DNA of 63,893 nucleotides, counting the filler, from Dugesia japonica (taxonomy: Eukaryota), in NCBI GenBank assembly GCA_001938525.1. It is 5 parts of 5 records of this genome, joined end to end, with 100 filler letters (N's around TTAATTAATTAA, not from the genome) between each part and the next. Parts side by side here need not be neighbours in the genome. Positions count along the whole stretch, not along the records: positions 1 to 13,992 come from MQRL01635669.1; positions 14,093 to 27,659 come from MQRL01624161.1; 3 more parts are not named here. One strand, 5' to 3'. Position numbers and translations under genes: made by a program. Below, one piece after another: positions 10,951 through 23,729 of this stretch (position 1 is the stretch's first letter; every line of letters begins with the position of its first letter). The notes beneath the pieces are model-generated. The model ran no database searches and was not told the origin of the DNA. It saw nothing but the letters and a program-made list of their open reading frames with translations.

Positions 10951-12512
10951 GTTCCGCTTCCACTATGTTTTCCTTGTCTATCTCTATCTCTTTGGCTGCT
11001 AATTTACATCTAGACACATGTACGATACTTGGTTTTTTAATGGCTTTCCTAATTCTTTTAATTTCAAATTTGTCGCCGTTCTTTCTAGCACTACAAAAGG
11101 TCCTTTATTTGGTCTCTTTAATTTATCACTTTTTCCAATATCGATTGTATGTGTGTTTACCAACACTAGATCTCATTTCTTAAATGCATGGGCTTCCGTT
11201 TTACGATCATATAATTCTTTGTAACTCTTCTAACTAAATCTTGTACGTGCTTCTGCCAAGTTCCACATCTCTCGCATTCGCTCCTTCATGCCGGTTACAT
11301 AATCATCTTTATTCATGTACTTTGAAATTGGTGGTTGATATTCTAAATCGATAGGCATATTGCATTCTCGTCCATACATTAAACTGAATAATGCTGCTCT
11401 TGTAGTTGAATGTACTCCCATCCTATACGCAAATAAACATAAATTTAGATGTTTGTTCCATTCTCTTTGATCTCTTGAGGCGTAACTCAATAGCATTCTT
11501 ATCAAAGTTTGATTGAATCTTTCTAACAATCCGTAGATTTGTGGATAATATGCCGATGTCCGTAATTTGTAAATATTGAAGAAACTCGTAACCTCTTTCA
11601 TCAATTCGCTTATAAAATTCTTTCCTGGGTCCGTTAAGATTTTCTTTGGATTCTGTAGCGCCTAAATACTTTGTCGACAAACACTTTTGCGATTGTCACT
11701 AACTTTTTATCTCCTAACGCAAATGCTTCTGGAAACTTTGATAGATAATCTACCACTGTTAGTATGTATATTTACCACTGTCTGTATATCGCTTTTATAT
11801 CAATTGGTGCTGCTGGCACTAGAATTGGTTGTAATTTAACTTTGAATTCGTTTATTTTTGAATATTGTCTACCCCACTTCTTTAGATGCTGTTTCCTGCC
11901 TTTATTACACTAAACTTTACTCAGATCATAGTGTGTTAGATTATCTAGAATTATCTTAATCTCTTCATCTTCATCTTGATCCTTTTTCAGACCTTTAACA
12001 TTTTTATTCTCAGTATAATATCACACATAATGTATATTAATTACCTCATTATCTTGTATTTTGGTTTCCACTTTTTCTTCTGGTTCGTCTACGAATCTTG
12101 CTCTTGACATGTAATCTGCATTTTGATTTGCTTAAACCGATTTGTATTTCATCTAAGGTGCATATTCTTGTAGTTTCATGGCCCATCTCGCCATTTGATT
12201 TACCTGTAACGGTTTCTGTCCGATCAGTGTAAGTGGTTGATGATCCGTGAAAAGCACTAATTCATGTCCGAGTATCTTCTTCGTCTAACTGGCTTAATAC
12301 TGCTCCCATTGCATATCCACTTGCACCTGTTGCCAATATAAATGGTTTCTTAAAATCAGGTTGCCACAATATCGGCGCGACTATTAATAATTTTCGTATG
12401 ATCTCGAATGTCCTTTGATGTTCATCAGTCCATATAAATTTTACATCCTGACGTACTAAGGATTAAATTGGTTTGACTATCGCCGCAAATTCTTTAATAA
12501 ATTTTCTGTAAT
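10950..12512 (-). pseudogene. pol: pol fragment: RT thumb, RNase H, integrase, GPY/F domain
   Basis: KEFAAIVKP; ATGASGYAMGAVLSQ; TDHQPL; ADYMSR; DYLSKFPEAFAL; LTDPGKNF; YYPQIYGLLERFNQTL; KGPFVV; VHVSRCK; many stops and frameshifts. Confidence 0.9.
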
Positions 12513-13992
12513 TTTCAGTTTCGTGTCTAAGTTGCCTTATCTATTAATAATGGGTCTAATGGGACTCGTTTACGCAGCTCTAAAATATCGTTCACCAATT
12601 TATTTTCTCGGTCATGAGTTTAAATGATTATATAAGCAAATGAATCTAGCTGCGCATTCCAGGCACGCTCTTGTGAGTGTGAAAGTCCGACCTCCTCTCG
12701 GTTTTCCTTACAAAGTTTCTTATACACTCTATTTTTTGACGTTTTAGCTGTTACCTTCGCCTCCAAATTTCGTTTGGGCAGGCGATAGAGGTTCCATGTT
12801 ATCTTATTCTCCTCGCTCTTGACGCAGAGTTTCTTGTTGGATACAGCAGACCTCAAGCGCAAAGAGTTCACTAAATAAAAAATAACGAGAAATTGACGAT
12901 TGTTTGGTCTGATTCTTTCTCAATTATTTATGCTTATTTAAGAGGCGTAAGATTTAAATACTATATTAGGGTTTCTTTTAATGTTTTTTGATTGACTTTG
13001 AGCTTTTCAAATTTAAATTTTCTATCGTTTATTTTTAGTAACCACCTCATTTTTATTTCTTTGTTTTACGTCTTTTTTCTGACCTCTCATTGGTCCAATC
13101 TTTACGACCCTTTTTGGTTTTTCTGAAGGTATAACATTTTTAATTTTATCAAAATTGAATTTCTCTCGTTTTAAATTGTTCAGAATTTTTTATCCCATCG
13201 TTTTTTTATCGTACTGAGCAAAGTTACTTGCTTTTTCTTTTTTTTCGTTAATTGACCTTTAATTTTTTGTACTAATTAAAATTTTTCTTTATTCTTCTTA
13301 ATTCATTTTTGTTAAAATAAAATTATTTTAATTTAATTCTTTAATATGTCTTAATAATAATTGACTATATTCTTTCTTCTTTTTATTAGTTTTATTATTT
13401 TTTTCATTCGTTCTTAATTATTTCTACTTTATTAATTTTTAATTATTTCTAATTTCATTATTTGTAAAATAGCTTTTCTGAGTCAACTTTAACTGAATTT
13501 GTTGATTAATGGGCCCTCTGTTTGGGGTCCTTTCTTTATTATCTCTTCTTTCTAGGTGTTCCACCCCAACAAAATGAAAAGCAAACAAATTATCCACATT
13601 AATAAAAAATTCCTTATTTTTATAGTTTCTTATAATAAAGACACTTTTGTGACATTAAAAGAACTCGTATAATTTACTAAGATATACTCATAGTTATTGA
13701 AATTCGAAATAACTTTTTTTGAATAATACTAATTAACGTTATATTTTATATTTAATAAATATTTTAACCACTTAGTTGTTATTGAAATATGATAAAGGAC
13801 AACGATATTGTAACTCTCATAATTAACTTATCAAGAGCAACACCATACAAAATTTCATGAAATTCAATCAAGTTAAAGTTGTAATCGTAATCGATTATTT
13901 TACAAAAGTTTAATGTAAATATTATTTTATAATATAATTAATTGTTCCGTATTATTTATTAGTGTTACTAAACAATTAATTACGTAATTTAC

Positions 13993-14092
13993 NNNNNNNN
14001 NNNNNNNNNNNNNNNNNNNNNNNNNNNNNNNNNNNNTTAATTAATTAANNNNNNNNNNNNNNNNNNNNNNNNNNNNNNNNNNNNNNNNNNNN
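13993..14092. other. artificial contig-joining spacer N44-TTAATTAATTAA-N44
   Basis: exactly 100 nt; stop codons in all six frames; four identical copies in the window. Confidence 0.95.
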
Positions 14093-14329
14093 ATATTAAT
14101 TAAATATAGTAATTAGTTGTCCTAATACGAATTTGAAAGAAACTTTTAAAAATTTTTAGTTCAAAAAAAGTTAATTTTATAATTTTATGTGAAATTATTT
14201 CATTTTTGAATGATTTTTAAAAAAGAAATTTATAAAAAATAACATTTATTTAAAAAAATATAAATTGTAAATAAAAAAACATAAAATAAAATCTTTAAAA
14301 ATTTTCAAAAAAAAATCACTGTTCAGAGA

Positions 14330-15930
14330 ATACTAGTAGAAAGTGACGACGATATCGAACATGAAGGAGATGTATTAGCTCCAGAATCTGACCATGACTA
14401 ACAATGTGAAGCAAACATATCTGAAATCATTATTGATGAAACAGAAGAATCTCAAGATAGTGAAGACGATATACCTCTTAGTAAACTACGTTTAAAATTA
14501 AACAAAAACAAGCAGTTCTCTACGCGAAAACTGGAAAATTTACTTATGTCAGAAGAAAAAATAATATTGAGATCTCACAGCTGAATTGAAAGAATTAGAT
14601 TCTCCTTACAGTTTGTTCAGATTCTTTCTGACAGAAAAAATTGTGAGTAAAATTGTCTCCGAGTCTATTTTGTACTTAACACCAAAAAGTCTCTAAAGAA
14701 GAATATCTAGCCACAGATGAACAAAGAATCCCTACAAAAACTCGTTCTACAATCAAACAATACAATCCAAAAAACTCTCATAAATGTGAATACAAATCAA
14801 TTGTCCTTAGTGGTGTAAGCGTATTTTCACATGATTATGAAATTTTTGAAGGAGGTCAGAGTAATAAAATATCTGGTATTTTTTCTGACTTAGGCATGAG
14901 CTCCAATGTAGTACTTCGAGTGACAGAGTCAAATTGGCCAAGACATTCCAATTATAAGTTATTTTTTGATAATTGGTTCAATAGTGTTCATTACAAATTT
15001 ATCTAACAAAGCAGGGTTTAGTTACCTCTTGAAATCATTAGAATAAATAGGATGAGGAATTTTAATATGTCCAAGGAATCGGAAATGAAAAAGAATGGAA
15101 TTTTCTAGCTATGCTAGAAAAAGTGTTCACCATTGATGATATCAAAATATCTGTAATATCTTGGTATGATAATAAAGTAGTGAACATGATGTCTACATTT
15201 GTTGGAAATACTCCAATAGTTTCTCAAAAAAGATTAAATCTATGTAATGTTTCCATTTATAAATGCGGTAAGGGTTTATAATAAATATACTTGAGGTGTA
15301 GACCTTCTCAATTCCATGCTAGGATATCACCTAATATTTCGATCAAGATTAGACCAAAAATGTGGTTTATTCGTATATTTTTTCATTTCTTGAATTTGAT
15401 GGTGGTGAATGCCTGGATTTTATACAGAAAAAATGGCAGCACTTTGGTGAATTAGAGTTGGCCGAATTTAAAATGGTCATTGCTGAATGTTTATGCAAGG
15501 TGAATAAAGCTCCCGTGATTCTTTCAAAAATAAGAGGTCGACCAACACTTGATCATATTTCAGTGAATGTATCCAGAAGAGACCATCATCTGACTTTCCA
15601 ATGGAGAAAGTTCAAACAGACGGTTATCATCATCTGCCCATATGGTACAAAGAAAAGCAAAGGTGCAAATATCTTTGTGATGGTAAAAGTTTCATTAAAT
15701 GTTCAAAGTGTGGTGTCTTTTTATGTATGAACAAAGACCGAAAAGGTTTCATACCGTATAAATCTTAAGGAATAAAATGCATATTGTGCCATATATGGCA
15801 CAGGTTATAAAGATCAACGTTTTTCAAAGAAAATCAATAAATACTTTATAAACCTTGTTTATGTTCTTATTATAACTAATTTTATTCTAAAATTTTTTTC
15901 TTGAAGAAAAAAAAATTATACAGTAAGGAT
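14330..15930 (+). mobile_element. piggyBac-like transposon, degenerate transposase and right end
   Basis: FDNWFNS, WYDNKVVNMMST, YNKY..GVDLL, Cys-rich C-terminus; subterminal palindrome TGTGCCATATATGGCACA (15785-15802); ends before TTAA 15931-15934. Confidence 0.85.
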
Positions 15931-16720
15931 TTAACATTAGGACATTATGAACGTATAAGATCTTTATCTCTGCATGCCCAACATTTTCATACTCAGAAAG
16001 TCTGAACATTGGGTTCATAATTTCTTCTTATAGAATTTCCAATATTTCTTCAATATATTTTGGAATCGATTTTCTGCTTATAATTTTTACTTTGATTTAA
16101 ATTTCTATTGAATCTTGGTTTATTAAATGTATTATTTGAATTTGGAATTTCACACGCTACTATTGGCTATGTCGTTTTTTGCTTCAATGTTGATATTTCA
16201 TATTTTGGTTTCATTTCTTTTTCAATCCATCAATTTTGATTATAATTTCTTTCATTTTTTCAACATCTTCTGTTTCGCATTTTAATTTCTTTTATAACTT
16301 CTTTATTATCCATTGAATTCTATAAAAGGAATTTGACTAGTTTTCTTTTCGTTAACTGGAGACGCAGAATATTATCTGTTAATTTGTCAACTTTTGAAAA
16401 ATTTGAAATTAAAGATTCATTAAGTCTTCGATATTTCAAGGCATTAATTAAGTCCTTACCAAGAGTTACAGGCTCTGAAAATGTTTCTCTATATCTTGTT
16501 TTAAAATCTTCAATTTTTGTTTCANNNNNNNNNNNNNNNNNNNNNNNNNNNNNNNNNNNNNNNNNNNNNNNNNNNNNNNNNNNNNNNNNNNNAATTTCAA
16601 AAAATCAATTTGCTTCTCGGACGATTTCTTCAATGTTTCATCCAATATCGAAAATCTCGAGTGTTTGAATTCACAAGTTTAAGATTGGTATGATAGCTAT
16701 GTTAGACTTAGAAATAGAGT
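15931..16720 (-). pseudogene. gag: gypsy gag remnant
   Basis: NIEEIVREAN.FFEI resembles the N-terminus of the gag at 1888; decayed knuckle CWACRDKDLIRS*CPNV. Confidence 0.6.
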
Positions 16721-17580
16721 TACGCATAAAATATATTTATTCAATAAAAATGACACTGTAACAAATATATATAATCCCCTATTATCAGATACATATATCA
16801 ATTTACAATTTGAAAGGTCAATATAGNNNNNNNNNNNNNNNNNNNNNNNNNNNNNNNNNNNNNNNNNNNNNNNNNNNNNNNNNNNNNNNNNNNNNNNNNN
16901 NNNNNNNNNNNNNNNNNNNNNNNNNNNNNNNNNNNNNNNNNNNNNNNNNNNNNNNNNNNNNNNNNNNNNNNNNNNNNNNNNNNNNNNNNNNNNNNNNNNN
17001 NNNNNNNNNNNNNNNNNNNNNNNNNNNNNNNNNNNNNNNNNNNNNNNNNNNNNNNNNNNNNNNNNNNNNNNNNNNNNNNNNNNNNNNNNNNNNNNNNNNN
17101 NNNNNNNNNNNNNNNNNNNNNNNNNNNNNNNNNNNNNNNNNNNNNNNNNNNNNNNNNNNNNNNNNNNNNNNNNNNNNNNNNNNNNNNNNNNNNNNNNNNN
17201 NNNNNNNNNNNNNNNNNNNNNNNNNNNNNNNNNNNNNNNNNNNNNNNNNNNNNNNNNNNNNNNNNNNNNNNNNNNNNNNNNNNNNNNNNNNNNNNNNNNN
17301 NNNTATTATTATAGTAGAGGAATTTATATTTATTATTAATATATAATTTGGATTTCAATCGTTCTAATTAAGTTCAATATTAATCAAGTATCATAGATTC
17401 TCTGAATATGGATATATTCATAAAATAAATTTAATAAAATAAATCAAATGTGAAATTATTTTAAAACTATGAATAACAAAATTTCCATTTGGCAGTCAAA
17501 TTCAATAATGAAAATTCTACTACTAATTTTGAATTTATATAATAAAAAATTTTAGCAAAGTAAACTTTTTCTGAACATAC

Positions 17581-17799
17581 TTTTTTTTCAAAAAACATTT
17601 GATTTCTTTGATGTCCCAAAATTATAGATTTTTCACGTCTTTTCAATTCCATTTCTTCTTTATGAAGAGCATGAGTTGATCGAATTTCATTAATTAGTTG
17701 AATCCGTTTTTCTTTACCTTCATACATCATAACTTGTATCGCTCGGCCTTTTATTAATTGTTTGAAAAATGTAATTGCTAATTCTACATCAGCATCTTG
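17581..17799 (-). CDS. CFAP91: CFAP91 (MAATS1) exon
   Basis: AG/GT-bounded 219 nt: QDADVELAITFFKQLIKGRAIQVMMYEGKEKRIQLINEIRSTHALHKEE..., resembling human CFAP91 [29 protein letters not shown] (recalled). Confidence 0.9.
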
Positions 17800-20488
17800 C
17801 TATTTGTAATTAAAAATAAATTGAAAATTTTTTTTATTAATTTTTAAAAAAAATTGTTTTTATTTGGTAAAATAAAATAGAATTTATAACAAAATTATTA
17901 GAATATATATTTGCTGAATTCCAAATTAAAATTATTGTTAGTTCTGTCAGAGATGTTCGCTGAACAATTCAAAAGACAAATTTAATTACATAATTTATTA
18001 AATTTTTAACAAAAAGTTATTTTAATTATTTTGCTTATTTAAACAAAAGTTAATATTAATACAGAGCAAATACAATTTGAAAAATCAATTCCAATTTTCA
18101 TTAATAAAATTTTATATCGAGAATAAAATCCATTTTAAAATATTGCAATATAATTTGTTTATTGAAAATTCTTAATAACTGAAATCGATTTATATTAATT
18201 TAAGTGCAATAACTTTTTTTAAATTATAATTATTGATTGACAAGTAAAACGTTTTTAACAATAAGAAGAGAAATCATAAGTTTTCATAATGAACATAATC
18301 AATGTGAAATTTGAAAAAAAGCTAAAATTAATTTTGCACAAAAAGTATTAAAATTAATTTAAATTAATTAATTAATTTTAAAATAATTAATGTAATTGAA
18401 TTAATTAAAATGAATTTATTTTAAGATTTATAATTAATAAATAAATAGAAGTGTTTATGAAAAAGAACTTTATTTACCTCCTTGTTAGTTATTAGAATTA
18501 TTGACAAAAATATTCACCTTTTAATTTAGTTATAAATTTTAAATTCATTATATTTTATTGAATTTTAATTAATTTTCAAATTAATTATAAATTGTGTGAT
18601 GTTATTTTGATATTTCATGTGCATTTTTACAGTCTTTGAGAACTTTTCTTTCATTATGATCGATATTTTCTTTGATTCTTGTTCAGGGAGATTTTGCATG
18701 TTTCATTAATAACATTCTTATTACATTTATTTTTACTTTCTAAATTAAATCTGGTTACTACTAAAGGTTTGTCTTGATTTCTAAAATTGTGTATTAAACG
18801 GTTCTTATGTTTTCAATATTATTCTTTATTGTGTGGTCTTATAAGAAGAATGTTTAGACCTAGGGTAAGGTTAACACTGCAAGTATGGTTTTAGATAGGT
18901 CGACCGAAGTTGTTAACGAAAAAGATTTGATAAATAAATAAATTAATTTTATGTAATAAATTTAAAAAATTTAATTGAAAATATTTTGTTAAATATTAAA
19001 TTTTGTAAAATGATTATTTTTTTTAAATTTATTGCTATTTTGAATATTTTAAAATAACTTCGGTCAGAATTAAATAAAAAGGTTAGCTAGTTTTAAAAAT
19101 TTTTTTAAAAAAACAAATTGATAGTTTGTGTTTTTTGGTTGTTGTCTTGAATAAATCTTAGAATGAAAGGTGTTCCTTTTTTTAATGCAAAGATGAATGT
19201 AGCAGATTCATCTAACAAACACATTAACGAAAATGTGTGAAATTACAAGTTTTCATATTGAAAATAAACGTTCTTTGGAAGATTTTACTAAACACCAAAT
19301 TAGAGAAATCAATGCTTTTAAAGTACACAACAGTGCGGTGATTTTTACGTTCATGAAAAATATTGCGTTTACGATTGTATGCTTGTCAAATATTTGGTTT
19401 GTTTAATTTCTTTTTAATTTTCATTTTAAAGAATAAAATTCGTTTGCTAGAACTGATTTTTTAAAATTTTTTATTCAAAAATATCAATGTTAAGAAAAGA
19501 TAAATCTGTTTAAAGAATAATTTTTTAAGATTGAAAAATTTTAATATTAATATTAAAACGTGGAAATTTAAAGAAACGTTTAAATATGGGAGAATTTTTA
19601 AGAGGGATTAAATTTATAAAAATACATCTAAACATTGATATTGTGAGATTTTTATTGTGATATCAAAACAAAAGATGATGGACTGTTTTCCAATTGTTAA
19701 TTTGTTTTGAAAGATTGCTACCTGGAATTCACGTGATTATTCGTAAAATTTTTTGGTAATTATTTTTGTAATTTTACTTTCTGTAGTTTTCGTAATTATT
19801 TCGTAATATAATTTTTAGAGATTATTAGAAGAACATTTTTGTAATTCGATTTATTAATTGCACATTTTTATTTTGTAAAATGGTTTTATAATTTGGAATT
19901 TGAAAATAATAATTTGGGAAATATTTATTGTTGATTTATTGAATAAATATTTGGAATCGGTCAGATTGTTTCTAATTACTTATCATTATCTCAAAAGAAA
20001 ATTATGTTGATTCCGAGATATGTATGCCTCACAATCAAATTGAACTATTTTTGTAGTATGATAACTTATTTATGTATTATGAGAACCTAAATTTACTGTC
20101 TATCCATAAGATTGCTACTGTTTCAATTTTTAAAACCAAATAATAAAAAATAATATGGTTATATAAATGGATAAATGTTAGGTTGTAATAGACAAGTAAA
20201 ACAAAATTTTACTTGTAAAATAACTCAGTACCTTCGAAGTCTCAATTTTAAAGATATGTTTTGACATTATTCAATTTAAATGAAAGGTACAACAGAAAAA
20301 CAACTGAAGTAATGCAATAATATAAAACCTGGATGATTGTTGAGAACTTTAATCTTTTGTATCATTTTTAATTATGACAAAGTACAAAGAATAAAATATA
20401 CAATGAACTGTTTAAAAATTTTAACGAATTATGCCGCCAATATTTGTTTATAAGCATTCAATATTTCAGCGAATAGAAACCACTAAAC

Positions 20489-20840
20489 CATGGTGTCAAA
20501 CTCGCGGTCATCAACGATCATTTTTGCGGCCCGGCCAATATATCGCACACAATAATATATAATAAAATAACAAACCAATGCAAAATAAAAATAGGATAGG
20601 TAGAATTCACTCAAAATTTTCTTAATTATACTCGTTTTTTTGCCATTATTAAACAAATGTGTACACTTATTTTGAAAATACCACCATTAGGTAACTACGG
20701 TAGTTAAGCATGAATAATATCTAAAATACGTCAAATTTAGATAACTGATTTTTACTCTAGGGCTTAGAGTTACAGTATTAGTGCGGTTCACGAATCTGTT
20801 CTAATGCGGCCCAAGAGATCATTTGAGTTTGAGACTCCTG
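20489..20840. mobile_element. hAT (Charlie-type) MITE
   Basis: TIRs CATGGTGTCAAAC / GTTTGAGACTCCTG; perfect 8-bp TSD CACTAAAC; GCGGCCC subterminal motifs. Confidence 0.9.
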
Positions 20841-20935
20841 CACTAAACACATGACGAACAAAGCAAAACAAAATGAAATTTCTAATTTATAATGTTCAAA
20901 TACTATAAAACGTTAAATAAAACAATTAATTTTAC

Positions 20936-21055
20936 TGATATTTGAAAATCCATCGTCGGTGTTGGAGGTCGAGTTATTATTTTTTCATTTTTCGTCAAAA
21001 ACTTTAACGGTTTCATTTTTTCAGCTAGCATTACTTGATTTTTCGTTGTTAAATA
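20936..21055 (-). CDS. CFAP91: CFAP91 exon
   Basis: 120 nt, phase 0/0: YLTTKNQVMLAEKMKPLKFLTKNEKIITRPPTPTMDFQIS. Confidence 0.85.
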
Positions 21056-21112
21056 CTACAAATTACAAAATAAATATTACTCGAAAAAAACTATCAAATT
21101 AAAAAGAATAAC

Positions 21113-21252
21113 TTTATAAAGTTCTGTCAATTCTTCTTCCAGTCTAAATTTCTTATTTTTATATCCATCATTTGTATAATTTTTCACCCGAGGTATTTTG
21201 ATATGTGGTGTCAAAACAAAAGGTGGTAGACTGTTTTCCAAATCGCATAAAC
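21113..21252 (-). CDS. CFAP91: CFAP91 exon
   Basis: 140 nt, phase 1/0: GLCDLENSLPPFVLTPHIKIPRVKNYTNDGYKNKKFRLEEELTELYK; 57-nt GT-AG intron to the next exon. Confidence 0.85.
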
Positions 21253-21945
21253 CTATAGGAGAAAAGAAACTGATTTAATATAGTTTTGTAGGAATATGAT
21301 TGTTAGTTTTATTANNNNNNNNNNNNNNNNNNNNNNNNNNNNNNNNNNNNNNNNNNNNNNNNNNNNNNNNNNNNNNNNNNNNNNNNNNNNNNNNNNNNNN
21401 NNNNNNNNNNNNNNNNNNNNNNNNNNNNNNNNNNNNNTAAATTTAAACAAATTTATTATATTTATTACAAATATATTTTACAAATATTTCGAATTTACAT
21501 TTTAAAAATTTGAACTAATAAATATTGATTTAATAAAAACATTATTGAATTAAATTTTAAAATTACCTAACAATGGTATTTTATGAATAGAGAACTAACA
21601 AGGAATAATAAAGTTACGTAATGTTTTATAAATTCAATAGTAACTTATTATGGATTTGATTGTCAATGAATTCACGCTCATTAAGTTTTACTGTTTGTTT
21701 TTTAATTATTTCAAATGGTTTTTTTTCTTATTTTATTTTTTTTATTTATTTATTTTATTTATTTATTTTTCTTATTTTAGGCTTAAAATTTTCAATGAAA
21801 TTTGAAAATTATATTTAGAAATATCAAACAAATTTAATATGAAAATTTCCTCTAATAACATTTTGTTGATGACATAAAATTGAACATACAAAAAAATATA
21901 AATAAATAATGAAAGCATTCATTTAGAATTGATTGATATTAAAAC

Positions 21946-22218
21946 TGTGATATTTAATACCTATATTTGTATAATTTTTAAAATCTAAATATCGCAATTT
22001 TAAGAATACAATTCACACACTCCTTTGCAGTTGTCAAGTGGATTGTTGGTGTTGTCGATGAATATTGTAGATACCCTGTGCGCTGAAATTCTTTGAACGA
22101 ATTTCCAGCAGGAATGTTTGGTTAGATGTTTCGACACATCAACTTTCGAAATGTTTGCCAATAGAATGCAATCTACACTTTTGCTTTATTTGTAATTTTA
22201 TTTACTTACCTTTTTACA
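21946..22218 (-). mobile_element. possible solo LTR
   Basis: TGT...ACA termini and an internal TTCAGCG motif as in other LTRs; no TSD found. Confidence 0.3.
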
Positions 22219-22605
22219 TTTTCCTTTGTGTATTTATATTTTTTTCAGTGGTAATCCGATATTTTTATTGGTTGAATTAATTTTCAAATTAATTAAATTT
22301 GTAATAAATTAATTTAATTTATTGAAAATCATTTTATTTTCCCATAAATTCCATCATCGAACGATTAATCTATTTAATATTTCGGCTATTATTGGAATTA
22401 ATTGCGAGTAATTCATATTGTTTGAAAAAATTAAATCAATTCAAATCAAATATTTTTATTTCTCCACAATTGCTTTTCTTTTTAATATACATCGATAATA
22501 ATTGTTGTGAATTATTTTTATTTGATTTACGTTGCTGATTTTGGTGATAGTCCGGTAGTTCTGTAATGTTAATGTTGTTTACATTTGACTGGATTCTGTT
22601 CCAAA

Positions 22606-22606
<1 letters not shown>

Positions 22607-22672
<66 letters not shown>
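22607..22672 (+). repeat. (ATT)n microsatellite
   Basis: direct reading. Confidence 0.95.
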
Positions 22673-23296
22673 NNNNNNNNNNNNNNNNNNNNNNNNNNNN
22701 NNNNNNNNNNNNNNNNNNNNNNNNNNNNNNNNNNNNNNNNNNNNNNNNNNNNNNNNNNNNNNNNNNNNNNNNNNNNNNNNNNNNNNNNNNNNNNNNNNNN
22801 NNNNNNNNNNNNNNNNNNNNNNNNNNNNNNNNNNNNNNNNNNNNNNNNNNNNNNNNNNNNNNNNNNNNNNNNNNNNNNNNNNNNNNNNNNNNNNNNNNNN
22901 NNNNNNNTTACATGGAAGTTATTTATTCTCTGTGACTGTAATAAACAGTCCTTAATTTACTTGGATATCAGCGAATCAGTCTTCTTGCTGCGCCAGTGGC
23001 TCTTATCGTATGAGTGTAGGCGTGAAGCACTTTGGTTTAGATCCATTGTATTGTTGGAGTTGTCGAAACTCTAGGTTGAAAAAATTAAAATAAAATAACT
23101 ATTTTTTTGCTTAATTTTTATTTATACGAAGGACATAGATAAAAAGAAACATTTATAGCAAGTTCCTCAATATGATGCAAAATTATCACTTGAACCATTT
23201 AATAAATGTCTACAGTTAAATATTTAACATATGTCAATAAAATCAAAAATAATATTAGGCAGAAAATCATAGTTATTTATTATTATTTATTATTTA

Positions 23297-23337
<41 letters not shown>

Positions 23338-23507
23338 NNNNNNNNNNNNNNNNNNNNNNNNNNNNNNNNNNNNNNNNNNNNNNNNNNNNNNNNNNNNNNN
23401 NNNNNNNNNNNNNNNNNNNNNNNNNNNNNNNNNNNNNNNNNNNNNNNNNNNNNNNNNNNNNNNNNNNNNNNNNNNNNNNNNNNNNNNNNNNNNNNNNNNN
23501 NNNNNNT

Positions 23508-23650
23508 CTGAGATCCCTTGTCTATGAATTGTCCTATTCTAGCTAAAGGTGCCCAAGTAGTTGAAATTGGATTACTATATTCTTCAATTAAACTTTTCCC
23601 AGAATTTTGATCTTTTAAATTTCTGCGAGATTTCAATAATTTTCTTAGCG
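23508..23650 (-). CDS. CFAP91: CFAP91 exon (3' end lost in N gap)
   Basis: TTTAG acceptor, then LRKLLKSRRNLKDQNSGKSLIEEYSNPISTTWAPLARIGQFIDKGSQ, resembling human [20 protein letters not shown] (recalled). Confidence 0.8.
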
Positions 23651-23729
23651 CTAAAGTAATATGAAAAGTAAACATTTCATTAATTAATTATTTATGTAAA
23701 TAATAAATTTATGAATAAGAAAAATTTGT

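Larger units (their letters stand above)
3163..13571 (-). mobile_element. large internally deleted Ty3/gypsy element with accessory ORF cassette (possibly Burro-like)
   Basis: TGTTGGGG terminus at 13571; RT thumb, RNase H and integrase motifs at 12512-11000; run of same-strand ORFs down to ~3435; left boundary uncertain. Confidence 0.65.

Noticed and set aside
6887-11224. Plus-strand hydrophobic ORFs over the retroelement
   Set aside because: Antisense shadows of A-rich minus-strand coding sequence; no motifs.
14037-14048. TTAATTAATTAA as a biological palindrome or piggyBac target
   Set aside because: Always centred in exactly 44+44 Ns, so it is an assembly spacer.
18470-18790. Possible extra CFAP91 exon or nested gene
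   Set aside because: The candidate frame hits a stop, and the flanking CFAP91 exons already join in phase without missing sequence.
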